Assembly (NCBI GenBank): GCA_040754885.1
Contig: JBFMCD010000065.1
Coordinates: 96 to 64,095, forward strand
DNA length: 64,000 bases
Direction: 5' to 3'
From: Acidobacteriota bacterium
GTDB lineage: Bacteria > Acidobacteriota > Thermoanaerobaculia > Thermoanaerobaculales > Thermoanaerobaculaceae
Under the pieces are notes generated by a model. It saw nothing but the letters and a program-made list of their open reading frames with translations, was not told where the DNA came from and did not search any database. Positions within the stretch are counted from its first letter, which is position 1, and every line of letters starts with the position of its first letter. Below are positions 9,017 through 17,567 of the stretch, piece by piece. Position numbers and translations under genes: made by a program.

Positions 9017-10378
9017 CTAGTCCGCGCAGCCCGCGCCCATCTTCGAGCGCAGGACGTCCGACTTGAGCAGGAAGGCGCCGCCGATCACCACCTCGGCGCC
9101 GGGGTCGATGCCGGCCACCTCGACCCAGTCGTCGAACGCGCGGCCGGTGATCACCGGCCTGCGGATGAAGTACGGGCCCTGCAGGCGCACGAACACGAAC
9201 GACCGCCCCGCGTCGCCGAGCACGGCCTGGCGGGGAAGGGCCACTCCGCCGGGGGCGCCGGGCATGAGCAGTTCCACCCTGGCGAACATGCCGGCGCGCA
9301 GGAGGTTCCCGGGGTTCTCCACGACGACCCGCACGGAGGCGGTGCGCGTCGCCTCTTCGAGCGTGCCCGAGACCTGCTCGACGCGCCCTTCGTACACGGC
9401 GTCGGGGTAGGCGGAAACGGTGACGGCGGCCCGTACCGGGCCCTGCCTCTGCGCCTGGAGCACGGCCGCCACCTCGCGCTCGTGGACGGTGGCGATGACC
9501 CAGATCGTCGAGGTGTCCGCGAGGAGAAGGAGGCGATCACCCGGCCGCGCCTGTTCGCCGAGGGAGAGTGAGCGCTCGAGGATCGTGCCCGCGAACGGCG
9601 CGCGCACGGCCAGCAGGTCCGAGCGCGGCGGCGCGTCGCTCTTCTCGAGCGCGCCGACCTCCTCGTCGTCGAGGCCGTAGGAGAGCAGTCGGCCCACGGC
9701 CGCGGCGCGCTCGGCCCGGGCCTGGCCGAGCGCGGCCTCGGCCTCGAGGACGTCCTTCTTCGGACAGACGCCCTTGGCGAAGAGGTCGCGCTCGCGCTCG
9801 GCGGTGGCTTCGTTGAGGGCGAGCGACGACGCGCTGCGCATCAGGTCCGCCTTCGCCTGCCGGTACTCGGCGGAATCGACTTCGAACAGCACCTGCCCGG
9901 AGCGGACCGTGGCGCCGGCGTCGACGGAGATCGAGCGGACGACCCCGGGGGCCAGCGGGCTGAGGTACACCGCCCTCTCCTGGTTGAGGCGGATCTCGCC
10001 GGTCGATCCCTTGCCGCCGGCGAGCGGCCGGAAGCCCGCGCGCATGGTGGCGAGCACGCCTCCGGCGCCGGCGTCGAACATTCTCGCGTCCGCCCTGGCG
10101 ACGCCGACCTCGTAGCGGCACTCGTCGCAGGTGAACGCCGGAATCTCGTGCTCGCAGACCTGGGCGACGAGATCCTCGACGGGCCGGTCGAGATCGGACG
10201 CCTCCGACTCCGCGAGGTGTTCGTCCGGCTCCGCGATCGTGGGAGGCGCCGGCGCCTCGAAGCCGGCCGCACGCACAGGCGGGGCGTCGGCCCGGCCGCA
10301 CCCGGCCGCGGCCGGGAGGACGCAGAGAAGGGCCAGGACGGCGACCCGGCCTGGGCAGAGGGTGATCGTGGTCGTCAT
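9017..10378 (-). CDS. czcB: Efflux RND periplasmic adaptor (membrane fusion protein)
   Basis: Start at MTTTITL with lipoprotein-like signal (LPAAAGC). Has biotinyl-lipoyl/beta-barrel MFP motifs (VRSGQVLFEVDSAEYRQAKADL ... VAGIDPGAEVVIGGAFLLKSD). ATGA start/stop overlap with the upstream outer-membrane gene. The long ORF to 11635 is a shadow extension. Confidence 0.8.
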   Translation of the reverse strand: MTTTITLCPGRVAVLALLCVLPAAAGCGRADAPPVRAAGFEAPAPPTIAEPDEHLAESEASDLDRPVEDLVAQVCEHEIPAFTCDECRYEVGVARADARMFDAGAGGVLATMRAGFRPLAGGKGSTGEIRLNQERAVYLSPLAPGVVRSISVDAGATVRSGQVLFEVDSAEYRQAKADLMRSASSLALNEATAERERDLFAKGVCPKKDVLEAEAALGQARAERAAAVGRLLSYGLDDEEVGALEKSDAPPRSDLLAVRAPFAGTILERSLSLGEQARPGDRLLLLADTSTIWVIATVHEREVAAVLQAQRQGPVRAAVTVSAYPDAVYEGRVEQVSGTLEEATRTASVRVVVENPGNLLRAGMFARVELLMPGAPGGVALPRQAVLGDAGRSFVFVRLQGPYFIRRPVITGRAFDDWVEVAGIDPGAEVVIGGAFLLKSDVLRSKMGAGCAD

Positions 10379-11667
10379 GGCGCCACTCCGTGTTCTTCGC
10401 CCGCTGTGTCGGGCGTCAGGCGGCGCAGGTCGGCGCCCGCGGTGTTCAGGCGAACCAGGGCGTCGACGAAGCGCAGCCGCGTCTGGGCGAGCGCGCGGCG
10501 CGCCTCGAGCAGGTCGAGCAACCGGAACTTGCCCCGCCGGTACCCCTCGTCGAGCGCCGAGTAGACCCTCTCGGCCCTGGGCAGGACCTGGTCGCGCAGG
10601 ATGCGCACCTCGTCGAGGGCGCTGGAGAGCGTCGTGTGGGCCGCGGCGACCTCCGCCCTCAGGCGGGCCTCCTCGGAAATGCGCTCGGCTTCGGCCTCCT
10701 GCCGGCGCGCGGTCGCCTCGGCGCGCGCCCCGGCGAACCGGTTGAACAGCGGCACCGGCAGCGCCAGTCCGGCCACCCAGGTCCGTCCGGGCAGCCCCGC
10801 GTACGTGCGCGTGCCGACGCTGAGCGTGAGGTCCGGGAGCGCCTGCCGGTCCGCCAGCGCGACCAGCGCGTCCCGGCGAGTCCTCTCGGCGTCCCACCTG
10901 GCCAGGTCCGGGAGCGCGCCGACCGTGGCCAGGGCGGCCTCGAGGTCCGGGAGTTCGACCGATGTCGCGAGCGCGCCGCGCGCGGCGGCGGCCGTCGTGC
11001 CTTCGTCGCCCCACAGGCTCGCCAGGCGGCCCCGTGCCAAGTCGGCGTCGCGCCTCGCGTTGCCGAGGTCGATGACCGCCAGCGCCTCGTCGCTCTCGGC
11101 GCGCGCCGCCTCGACGGGAGACGCCTCGCCCGCCTCGACCAGGCTGGCGACGACCAGCGTCACCTCGCGCGCGGTCGCGGCGTTCTGTCCGGCGATCACG
11201 ACGCGCTCCTGCGCCCCGAGCAGCGCGACGAAGCGCCGCTCGACCTCGGCGAGCAGGTCGCGCCGGCCTCGATCGAGGTCGCGGGCGGCCGCGTCGCGCT
11301 CGTGTCGCGCCGCGGCGGTGCGCGCCGAGCGCGTGCCGGGCCATTCGAATCTCTGGCCGAGGGAGAGGGTCCGCTGCGTCGCGACTCCCATGTCGTCGCC
11401 GCCTCCGAGGTCCTCGACTTCGAAGAGAAGCTCGGGGTTGGGGAACGCTCCGGCCTGCCGCTCGGCGCCCTCGGCTCCCCGGAGCCTCGCCGCGAGCCCC
11501 TGCAGGTCCGGGCTGGCGGCGAGCGCCTTCTGCCGGGCGGCCGCCAGCGTCAGCGGCGCCTCTCCCGGCCCGACGGCCGGGCTCCCCGGTGGCCCGCTTC
11601 CGGCGAGCGCGGGCGCGAGTGCCAGTGCGGAACACAGTGCTACGGCGAGACGAGTGGTGATCGACAT
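10375..11667 (-). CDS. czcC: TolC/CzcC-family outer membrane efflux protein
   Basis: Signal peptide, two repeated coiled-coil/beta-barrel halves, and C-B-A gene order with the MFP and RND pump. Confidence 0.8.
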   Translation of the reverse strand: MSITTRLAVALCSALALAPALAGSGPPGSPAVGPGEAPLTLAAARQKALAASPDLQGLAARLRGAEGAERQAGAFPNPELLFEVEDLGGGDDMGVATQRTLSLGQRFEWPGTRSARTAAARHERDAAARDLDRGRRDLLAEVERRFVALLGAQERVVIAGQNAATAREVTLVVASLVEAGEASPVEAARAESDEALAVIDLGNARRDADLARGRLASLWGDEGTTAAAARGALATSVELPDLEAALATVGALPDLARWDAERTRRDALVALADRQALPDLTLSVGTRTYAGLPGRTWVAGLALPVPLFNRFAGARAEATARRQEAEAERISEEARLRAEVAAAHTTLSSALDEVRILRDQVLPRAERVYSALDEGYRRGKFRLLDLLEARRALAQTRLRFVDALVRLNTAGADLRRLTPDTAGEEHGVAP

Positions 11668-11740
11668 GACGAACCCTCCACGGACGGATCAGTCCGCCCG
11701 CACGACGCGGGCGCTGCTCGTTGCACGTGTCGTGGAGGGA

Positions 11741-12187
11741 TCAGATCGTCAGGACGGTGGTGCCGATCGAGTCGCGGATCTGGGGCGGCGAAGTGTTCGG
11801 GAGGCTCCGAGGCGAGGACCGCGCCGGCTCGTCCGGACGCAGGAGCGCGATGGCGCCGGCGTGGGTTGCGGCGGCCGGCTGCGGGGCCGGCGGCGGGGCG
11901 ACGGCACTCGGGGCGCCGAGCTGGAGGTCCGAGCAGCGTTCGGCGCCGACGGACGCCGACGCCGCCTCCGTGCCTGCTCCCGGCTCGGCCGACCACCCGT
12001 TGCAACCGCCCGCGCCGAACCCGGAGGTGCAGCACGCCGACCAGGCCGACTCCAGGGCGCTGTGAGCCGGGCCGCGACACCAGACGGCGTCCTGGGGGAG
12101 GGCCGACGCCGCGCCGAGGCCGAGCAGCAGCACGAGCGTGCCGAAGGGGATGTTCCGGGAACGGGCGACCGGGCGACTGGTCAGCAT
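11741..12187 (-). CDS. Small Cys-rich secreted hypothetical protein leading the czcCBA operon
   Basis: Start at MLTSRPV with signal peptide (FGTLVLLLGLGAASA). Third-codon positions are strongly G/C. Six Cys (WCRGP, WSACCTSGFGAGGCNGW, ERCSD). No family recognised. Confidence 0.4.
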   Translation of the reverse strand: MLTSRPVARSRNIPFGTLVLLLGLGAASALPQDAVWCRGPAHSALESAWSACCTSGFGAGGCNGWSAEPGAGTEAASASVGAERCSDLQLGAPSAVAPPPAPQPAAATHAGAIALLRPDEPARSSPRSLPNTSPPQIRDSIGTTVLTI

Positions 12188-12245
12188 CGCGGGTGACTCT
12201 ACCATCTTTTGAGGACCAACCGGCGAGCGGCGCCAGGGCATTCCC

Positions 12246-12668
12246 TCATCCGCGCCGCGCTCCCCACGTTCCGAGCCTCCCGCCCAGCCACGCCATCGGG
12301 ATGTAGGCGCCGGCGAGGTCCACGACGTCGAACCACAGCGGCGCCGGGAGCATCGCGACGTTGATCGCTCCCGCGACCAGGAAGAGGCCACCGACGACCA
12401 TCGCCAATCCCGTCTTGCGCGTCGCCGCGAGCATGGCGGTGAGGAACGCGCCGACCAGCGTGCCGAGCGCGTGCGCCAGGAAAGGAAAGACGAAGTGCTT
12501 GGGCTGGAAAAGGTGGATGGAGGCCCTCAGCCCCTCGTAGGTGGTGACGTCCGCGCCGTTCGGCGGCGGGATGACCTTGCCGCTGATGCTGATCAGCGCT
12601 CCGTTGATTACGGCGCCGACGACCACGCCCACCACGACCGCCAGGATGTTCCGGATGATCGGCTTCAC
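12246..12668 (-). CDS. Small integral membrane protein (4 predicted TM segments)
   Basis: GTG start at 12668 (VKPIIRNILAVVVGVVVGAV...). Hydrophobic segments alternate with short loops. The longer ORF to 13256 overlaps the NTF2-like gene in another frame. Confidence 0.5.
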   Translation of the reverse strand: MKPIIRNILAVVVGVVVGAVINGALISISGKVIPPPNGADVTTYEGLRASIHLFQPKHFVFPFLAHALGTLVGAFLTAMLAATRKTGLAMVVGGLFLVAGAINVAMLPAPLWFDVVDLAGAYIPMAWLGGRLGTWGARRG

Positions 12669-12741
12669 AGGCGCTCCCTCGTTCGAATGCCCGTCGCAGA
12701 GAGTACAACCGCGTGCCCCTTCAAGACAGTCCCGGCGCGTT

Positions 12742-12765
12742 CCTCCGCAGCCGTGGCTGCGGAGG
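12742..12765. terminator. GC-rich hairpin (CCTCCGCAGCC / GGCTGCGGAGG) in the intergenic gap
   Basis: Perfect inverted repeat seen directly. Lies downstream of the minus-strand NTF2-like gene. No U-tract. Confidence 0.3.
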
Positions 12766-12892
12766 CGTACCTTGACGCCGCAGGGAGCGTTGGAGCGGTG
12801 CGGGATCGACGCGTCATGCCGGTGAACCCCGGCGCGCGGCTTCGACCGTACGAGATCGTCTCCCGTCGAAGTGCCCAGTCCCTTGTTTGCGC

Positions 12893-13252
12893 TCAGCGCT
12901 CCGGCAGGGGGAGACCGTGCTGGCGCAGGAAGGTGAGCCTGTCCCAGTAGCCGCGCTGGAAGACGATCCGGCCCCCGACCACGTGGAAGAACCCGCAGCC
13001 GCGCAGGCCCAGCGGGTCGCGCCACTCCAGGATCGCCCACTCGCCCTCCTCGTACAGCGCCTCGAGGATGCACACCATCTCCGCCGCGGCGAACCCCGAG
13101 GCGAACATCCCGAGTATCGCCGCGCGGCCGGCGACCGGCGCCTCGGCCACCTGGTGATTGACCGCGTCCTCGGCGTACATCGCCGCGAGCGCGTCGGCGT
13201 CGTGGCGGTTGAACGCCTCCACCCAGGCGAGAACGACGTCCCTCGGCTTCAT
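12893..13252 (-). CDS. SnoaL-like / NTF2-fold protein
   Basis: 119 aa. VLAWVEAFNRHDADALAAMYAEDAV is the typical SnoaL-like N-terminus. Confidence 0.75.
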   Translation of the reverse strand: MKPRDVVLAWVEAFNRHDADALAAMYAEDAVNHQVAEAPVAGRAAILGMFASGFAAAEMVCILEALYEEGEWAILEWRDPLGLRGCGFFHVVGGRIVFQRGYWDRLTFLRQHGLPLPER

Positions 13253-13292
13253 GCACCGCGCTCCGTGTCCCGCCGCTGCGGGAGGCGGCGCG

Positions 13293-13646
13293 TCATTGCA
13301 GCCACCCGACCCACTCGGCGAGGGTGAGGAGGATCCCGGCGACGTAGAGCGTGCCGAACACCTCCTTGTTGTACCGGGCGAGCCATTCGGGGATGTAGAT
13401 GTCGAAGTTGTCGCGGCGGTCGTCGGTGTAGCGGGCGGCGACGCCGGTGAGCGGACAGCGCATGCGGTTGAAGGCGAGGATCAGCACCTCGACCAGCACC
13501 ACGCCGATGAGCACCGCTGCCGCGCGCAGCTCGCGGCGCAGGGCGAAAAAGGGGATCGCGACGATCGAGCCGGCGAAGAACGCCCACACGACGGTGTGGG
13601 CGAGCTTGACGAGGCGCAGCGAGCGGAGGTCGGAAGAGGAAGACAT
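13293..13646 (-). CDS. Small membrane protein (3-4 TM, conserved CPLT loop)
   Basis: 117 aa with hydrophobic helices and an RMRCPLTGVAARY motif. High GC3. Confidence 0.6.
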   Translation of the reverse strand: MSSSSDLRSLRLVKLAHTVVWAFFAGSIVAIPFFALRRELRAAAVLIGVVLVEVLILAFNRMRCPLTGVAARYTDDRRDNFDIYIPEWLARYNKEVFGTLYVAGILLTLAEWVGWLQ

Positions 13647-13689
13647 GGGTCACGGCCAGGGTAGCAAGGAGAAGGGCAAAGGAGTGAGG

Positions 13690-13925
13690 GAAGAGGGGAG
13701 AGGGGAGAGGGAAGAGACCGGGGTCCGGGGTCCGGGGTCTGGGGACCGGGGACAGAAGGACAGAGGAAAGGGGATAGGGGAGACGGGAGAGACCGGGGTC
13801 CGGGGTCCGAGGTCTGGGGTCCGGGGACAGAAGGACAGAGGAAAGGGGATAGGGGAGAGGGAAGAGACCGGGGTCTGGGGTCCGGGGTCTGGGGTCCGGG
13901 GACAGAAGGACAGAGGAGAGGGAAG
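13690..13925. repeat. Tandem repeat, 75-bp unit x ~3 (units start 13713, 13788, 13863), each built from GGGGTCC-type heptads
   Basis: Direct reading. Unit is AGAGACCGGGGTCCGGGGTCCGGGGTCTGGGGACCGGGGACAGAAGGACAGAGGAAAGGGGATAGGGGAGA(C/G)GG(G/A). Each unit carries five GGGG tracts separated by 3 nt. A partial G-rich unit precedes it. Lies in the divergent gap between the 13646(-) and 14062(+) genes. Confidence 0.9.
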
Positions 13926-14061
13926 GTGGGCCGTGGTCGGTGGACGGTGGACGGTTGTCGGTGGGGCGTCGATCGCGGACAACTGACCGGTTCGAGAGGC
14001 GGCGATTGGGTCCTTCAGGGTCCTCGCGGCGGGTACACTGTCGGGGGTCTGGAGGTGCGCC

Positions 14062-14763
14062 ATGAAGAGGATCGGCCTGATCGGCGGGATGACGCCGGAG
14101 TCCACGATCGAGTACTACCGCGCCCTGATCCGCCTGGGCCGGGGCGTGGCGGCGAACCCGCTCGACAACCCGGTGCTCCTGATCTACAGCGTCAACCTCT
14201 CCGAGATCTTCCATTTGCAGGAGGCCGGGCGGGACGACGAGGTTGTCGAGATCCTCGGCGGCACTTTCGATCGCCTGCGCGGTGCGGGCGCGGAGGTCGG
14301 TTCGCTGACCGCCAACACGCCGCACGTCTACTTCGACCGGCTGGCGGCGCGCGCCGGCATGCCGCTGGTCAGCATCCTCGACGCGACGTTCGAGAGGACC
14401 ACGGCGCTCGGGTGCCGCAAGGTGCTGCTGCTCGGCACGCGCACGACGATGGCCTCGCCGATGTACCCGCGGCGGCTCGCGGCGGGGGACATCCAGGTGC
14501 TCGTCCCCGACGACACGGAGCGGGCGTTCGTCAACCGGACGATCTACGAGGACCTCGCCGTCGGGCTGACCAGGGCCGAGACGCGTCGCGCGTTCGTCGA
14601 GATCTGTGAGCGGCACGTGAGGGAGGACGGCGCCGACGGGGTGATCCTCGGCTGCACCGAGATCCCGCTGCTGCTCAAGGTGGGGGACGTGTCCGTGCCG
14701 ATGATCGACACCACGCAGGTCCACGCCGAGGCGATCTTCGCCGCCGCCCGCGCAGAGGCGTAG
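14062..14763 (+). CDS. Aspartate/glutamate racemase family protein
   Basis: MKRIGLIGGMTPESTIEYYR... and GCTEIPLL motifs are typical of Asp/Glu/hydantoin racemases. Confidence 0.85.
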   Translation: MKRIGLIGGMTPESTIEYYRALIRLGRGVAANPLDNPVLLIYSVNLSEIFHLQEAGRDDEVVEILGGTFDRLRGAGAEVGSLTANTPHVYFDRLAARAGMPLVSILDATFERTTALGCRKVLLLGTRTTMASPMYPRRLAAGDIQVLVPDDTERAFVNRTIYEDLAVGLTRAETRRAFVEICERHVREDGADGVILGCTEIPLLLKVGDVSVPMIDTTQVHAEAIFAAARAEA

Positions 14764-14802
14764 GCGGCGCAGCGGTCACCGGCAACGGAGAACGGGCGGC
14801 GG

Positions 14803-15774
14803 TCAGCTGTCCCGCCGGAGCGCGCGCTCGAGGGTTGTGCGCAGCGGCGTGTAGGCGAGTCCCAGTTCCCGCGCCGCCTTGTTGCCGTCGCACGAGAGGC
14901 CCTGCTTCATGAGCAGCACCTGGTCGAGAGCCAGGTTCATCAGGGGAGGGCGCTTGACCAGGTCGGCGAGCGCGGTGAGCAGCCGGGCGTTGAGTTCGGT
15001 GAGCCAGTCCGGAAGAGTGAGGAGCGGGAGGCGCGAGCCGGCGATCTCGCACGCCATCCGATTGACCTCGCCCCAGGTGCGGTTCTCGGCGACGACGATG
15101 TACTTTTCACCGTCGCTGTCGGGCTTGTCGAGCGCCCTGCAGATGGCCTCGGCGACGTCGCCGACGTACACGAACGAGAACGACCGGCTCGGCATGATCT
15201 GGGCCGGGAGGCGACCCCGGCGCAACATGTCGAGGTACTTCCCCGAGGCCTTGGGGTCTCCTTCACCGGTCACGGCGCCGGGGTGAATCGTCACCAGCGG
15301 CACGCCCGATGCGTCCGCCAGGTCCCGCGCGACCTGATCGCCGACACGTTTGCTGCGCGCGTACGCGGTGGCGCACGCGGCACCCAGCTCGCTGCGTTCG
15401 GTGATCGGCCATGGCGCCTCGCCCCACACCGCCGCGGTGCTGACGTGGACGACCTTGCGCACGCGCGCCGCGATCGCCGCCTCCATGAGGTTGCGCATGC
15501 CCTGGACGTTGACGCGCTCGTAGACGCCCCGGTCCGGGACCCAGAAGTCGTAGGCGGCGGCGATGTTGACGACGGCGTCGCACCCGGCGACGCCGGCGGC
15601 CAGCGAGTGGGGGTCGGTGACGTCCCCTGGGGCGGGCTCGGCCTTGACCTCGTCGAGCGGGCGGCGGTCGCTCCTCGGCCTGACCAGGCAGCGGAGCTGG
15701 TGACCTTCCGCCGAGAGCCGCCTCACCGTGCGCGACCCGATGAACCCGGTTCCGCCCGTGACGAACACTCTCAT
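14803..15774 (-). CDS. NAD-dependent epimerase/dehydratase (extended SDR)
   Basis: Start MRVFVTGGTGFIGSRTVRRL (Rossmann GxxGxxG). Has a YxxxK-type region (YARSK). Confidence 0.85.
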   Translation of the reverse strand: MRVFVTGGTGFIGSRTVRRLSAEGHQLRCLVRPRSDRRPLDEVKAEPAPGDVTDPHSLAAGVAGCDAVVNIAAAYDFWVPDRGVYERVNVQGMRNLMEAAIAARVRKVVHVSTAAVWGEAPWPITERSELGAACATAYARSKRVGDQVARDLADASGVPLVTIHPGAVTGEGDPKASGKYLDMLRRGRLPAQIMPSRSFSFVYVGDVAEAICRALDKPDSDGEKYIVVAENRTWGEVNRMACEIAGSRLPLLTLPDWLTELNARLLTALADLVKRPPLMNLALDQVLLMKQGLSCDGNKAARELGLAYTPLRTTLERALRRDS

Positions 15775-16011
15775 CGTGCCCTCCTCGTCGCGCGTCGCCC
15801 GTTCCTCACGGAGGCGGCGCCATCGAAACGGGCGAGACACGCCCGGCAATCACGGGGTAAGTGCCGCGGTGGGGCCGGTGTGGGAGCAGTCGTTCGTGGC
15901 GGGGGCCCGGCGCGCCGCTCGTCCTCGATCGTTGTCCTCAACATAGGTCCGGGGCGCCGGGGGGGCAACCCGGGCGCCCGCGCCTGCGTAGAAGGGTTAC
16001 GGGCGCCGATC

Positions 16012-17286
16012 ATGTCGGGCATGAGGTCTTCCCGGGGCGGTCGCGCGACACCCGCGACGGTGCCGCGAGTCGTCGTCCTTCTCGTACTGGCGGTCGTCGC
16101 GATCGCCGCGAGGGGCGCGACCGACGCGGTGGCCCGGCCGTATCCGGCGGACAGGCTGGTCCGCAGGCACCTGCTTTCGCTCGGAGAGCGGGTGCTCGTC
16201 CTCTCCGGAGGCGCGTTGATCGACGGCATGGGCGGGGCGCCGCTCGAAAACGCGGTCGTCGTGATCCGGGGGGAGCGCGTCGTCGCCGTCGGACGCGCGG
16301 GCGAGGTCGCCATCCCTTCACGCGCCACCGTGGTGGAACTGCGCGGCGCGTCGGTCCTCCCCGGGATCATCAACGCCCATGTCCACTCCGGGTACCGGGA
16401 GAGCCGCCTGGCGGCGTGGGCGCACGACGGCGTGACGACGGTGCGCGACCTGTGCGGCCCGGAGGACTATGCCCTCGTCGATCGACTGTCCACGGACCCA
16501 TCGCTGGCCCGCGTGATCGCCGCCGGACCGTTCGTCACGGTGCCGGGCGGGTACCCGATCGTGCCGTGGGGCGTGACCAACGCGGTCACCGCAACCACGG
16601 CAGAGGAGGCCCGCACCGCCGTGAACCGGCTCGTCGACGGTGGCGCGGACCTGATCAAGATCGCAATCGAATCGGGGGCCGACTTCGGCCGCTGGATCCC
16701 GACGCTCTCGCTCGAGCAGGGGACGGCCGTGACGGAGGCGGCGCACGCCCGCTGGGTGCCGGTTTCGGCCCACGTGACGACCTCGTCGGACCTGCCGCGG
16801 GCGCTCGACGCTGGCGTCGACGACATCGCGCACATGGTGGTGGACGATCCGTCCGACGCGCTGATCGCCAGGGTGGTCAGGGACAACGTCATATGGGTCC
16901 CGACACTCGAGCTGTGGCACTGGGTGGACGCAGGGCACAGGACCCGGGCCGTCGCGAATCTGCGCCGCTTCGTCCGCGCGGGCGGGACGGTCGCGCTCGG
17001 CACCGACTTCAACGGGTACGACGCCCCGTTCCAGCTCGGCATGCCGATCATCGAGATGGAGTTGATGCAGGAGGCGGGGATGACGCCGATGCAGATCATC
17101 GTCGCGGCGACCTCCCGCGCGGCGTGGGCGTGCAACCGGCAGAACGACCTGGGCAGGGTCGCGCCCGGCTGGATCGCCGACCTCATCGTGGTGGACGGCG
17201 ATCCCCTCGAGGACATCCACGCCCTGCAGAACGTCAGACTGGTCGTGCGTTCGGGGACGATCATCCGCAACGACGGGTTCGACTGA
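16012..17286 (+). CDS. Secreted amidohydrolase-family metal-dependent hydrolase
   Basis: Start MSGMRSS with signal/TM. Motifs INAHVHSG (HxH) and GTDF, with C-terminal DLIVVDGDPLEDIHAL, are typical of this family. Confidence 0.8.
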   Translation: MSGMRSSRGGRATPATVPRVVVLLVLAVVAIAARGATDAVARPYPADRLVRRHLLSLGERVLVLSGGALIDGMGGAPLENAVVVIRGERVVAVGRAGEVAIPSRATVVELRGASVLPGIINAHVHSGYRESRLAAWAHDGVTTVRDLCGPEDYALVDRLSTDPSLARVIAAGPFVTVPGGYPIVPWGVTNAVTATTAEEARTAVNRLVDGGADLIKIAIESGADFGRWIPTLSLEQGTAVTEAAHARWVPVSAHVTTSSDLPRALDAGVDDIAHMVVDDPSDALIARVVRDNVIWVPTLELWHWVDAGHRTRAVANLRRFVRAGGTVALGTDFNGYDAPFQLGMPIIEMELMQEAGMTPMQIIVAATSRAAWACNRQNDLGRVAPGWIADLIVVDGDPLEDIHALQNVRLVVRSGTIIRNDGFD

Positions 17287-17423
17287 TCCCCGCCGCGGCG
17301 ACCGCTCGGTGACAGACACCGGGCGCAGGCTCCACGACGCCACGCCAACACCGCGAAGCCGAGTCGCCCGCTGTCCCGGTCGGATTCCGGCCGCCTCCGC
17401 GGTCGCGTGCCCGAGGAGCCCGC

Positions 17424-17474
17424 TCCCGCCCCTGTCCTCTGGCCCCGGGCCCCCGACCCCGTCCCTTCCTTCCC
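17424..17474. repeat. Degenerate inverted copy of the GGGGTCC-heptad element (C-rich on + strand)
   Basis: CCTGTCCTCTGGCCCCGGGCCCCCGACCCCGTCCC resembles the reverse complement of the 13.7-kb unit (CTGTCCTTCTGTCCCCGGTCCCCAGACCCCGG). Intergenic, upstream of glgP. Confidence 0.35.
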
Positions 17475-17567
17475 GGCGCGCGGCCCGCGCCGTTTCGCCC
17501 CTCCGCGCCTTTTCCCGTATCCTGGAAGGGACGACACCGGTGCTGCCGGACCCAGGGGGTGCAGGCG

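Noticed and set aside
9017-11635. 872-aa ORF suggesting a giant MFP protein
   Set aside because: Only the last 453 aa are MFP-like and start with a lipoprotein signal. The upstream part is an out-of-frame shadow of czcC, which is read in the 10375..11667 frame.
13690-13925. Possible CRISPR array
   Set aside because: The units are directly abutting 75-bp copies with no unique spacers and no palindromic repeat. No cas genes are nearby.
13650-14105. Pro-rich 151-aa (or 137-aa from 14063) minus-strand ORF through the 75-bp tandem repeat, and the plus-strand ORF 13447..13986
   Set aside because: The repeat period is a multiple of 3, so coding was considered. However, third-codon positions are unusually T-rich for this genome, the start would collide with the racemase start codon (shared CATG), and the plus ORF overlaps the 13293..13646 gene. 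I treat it as non-coding, though this is not proven.
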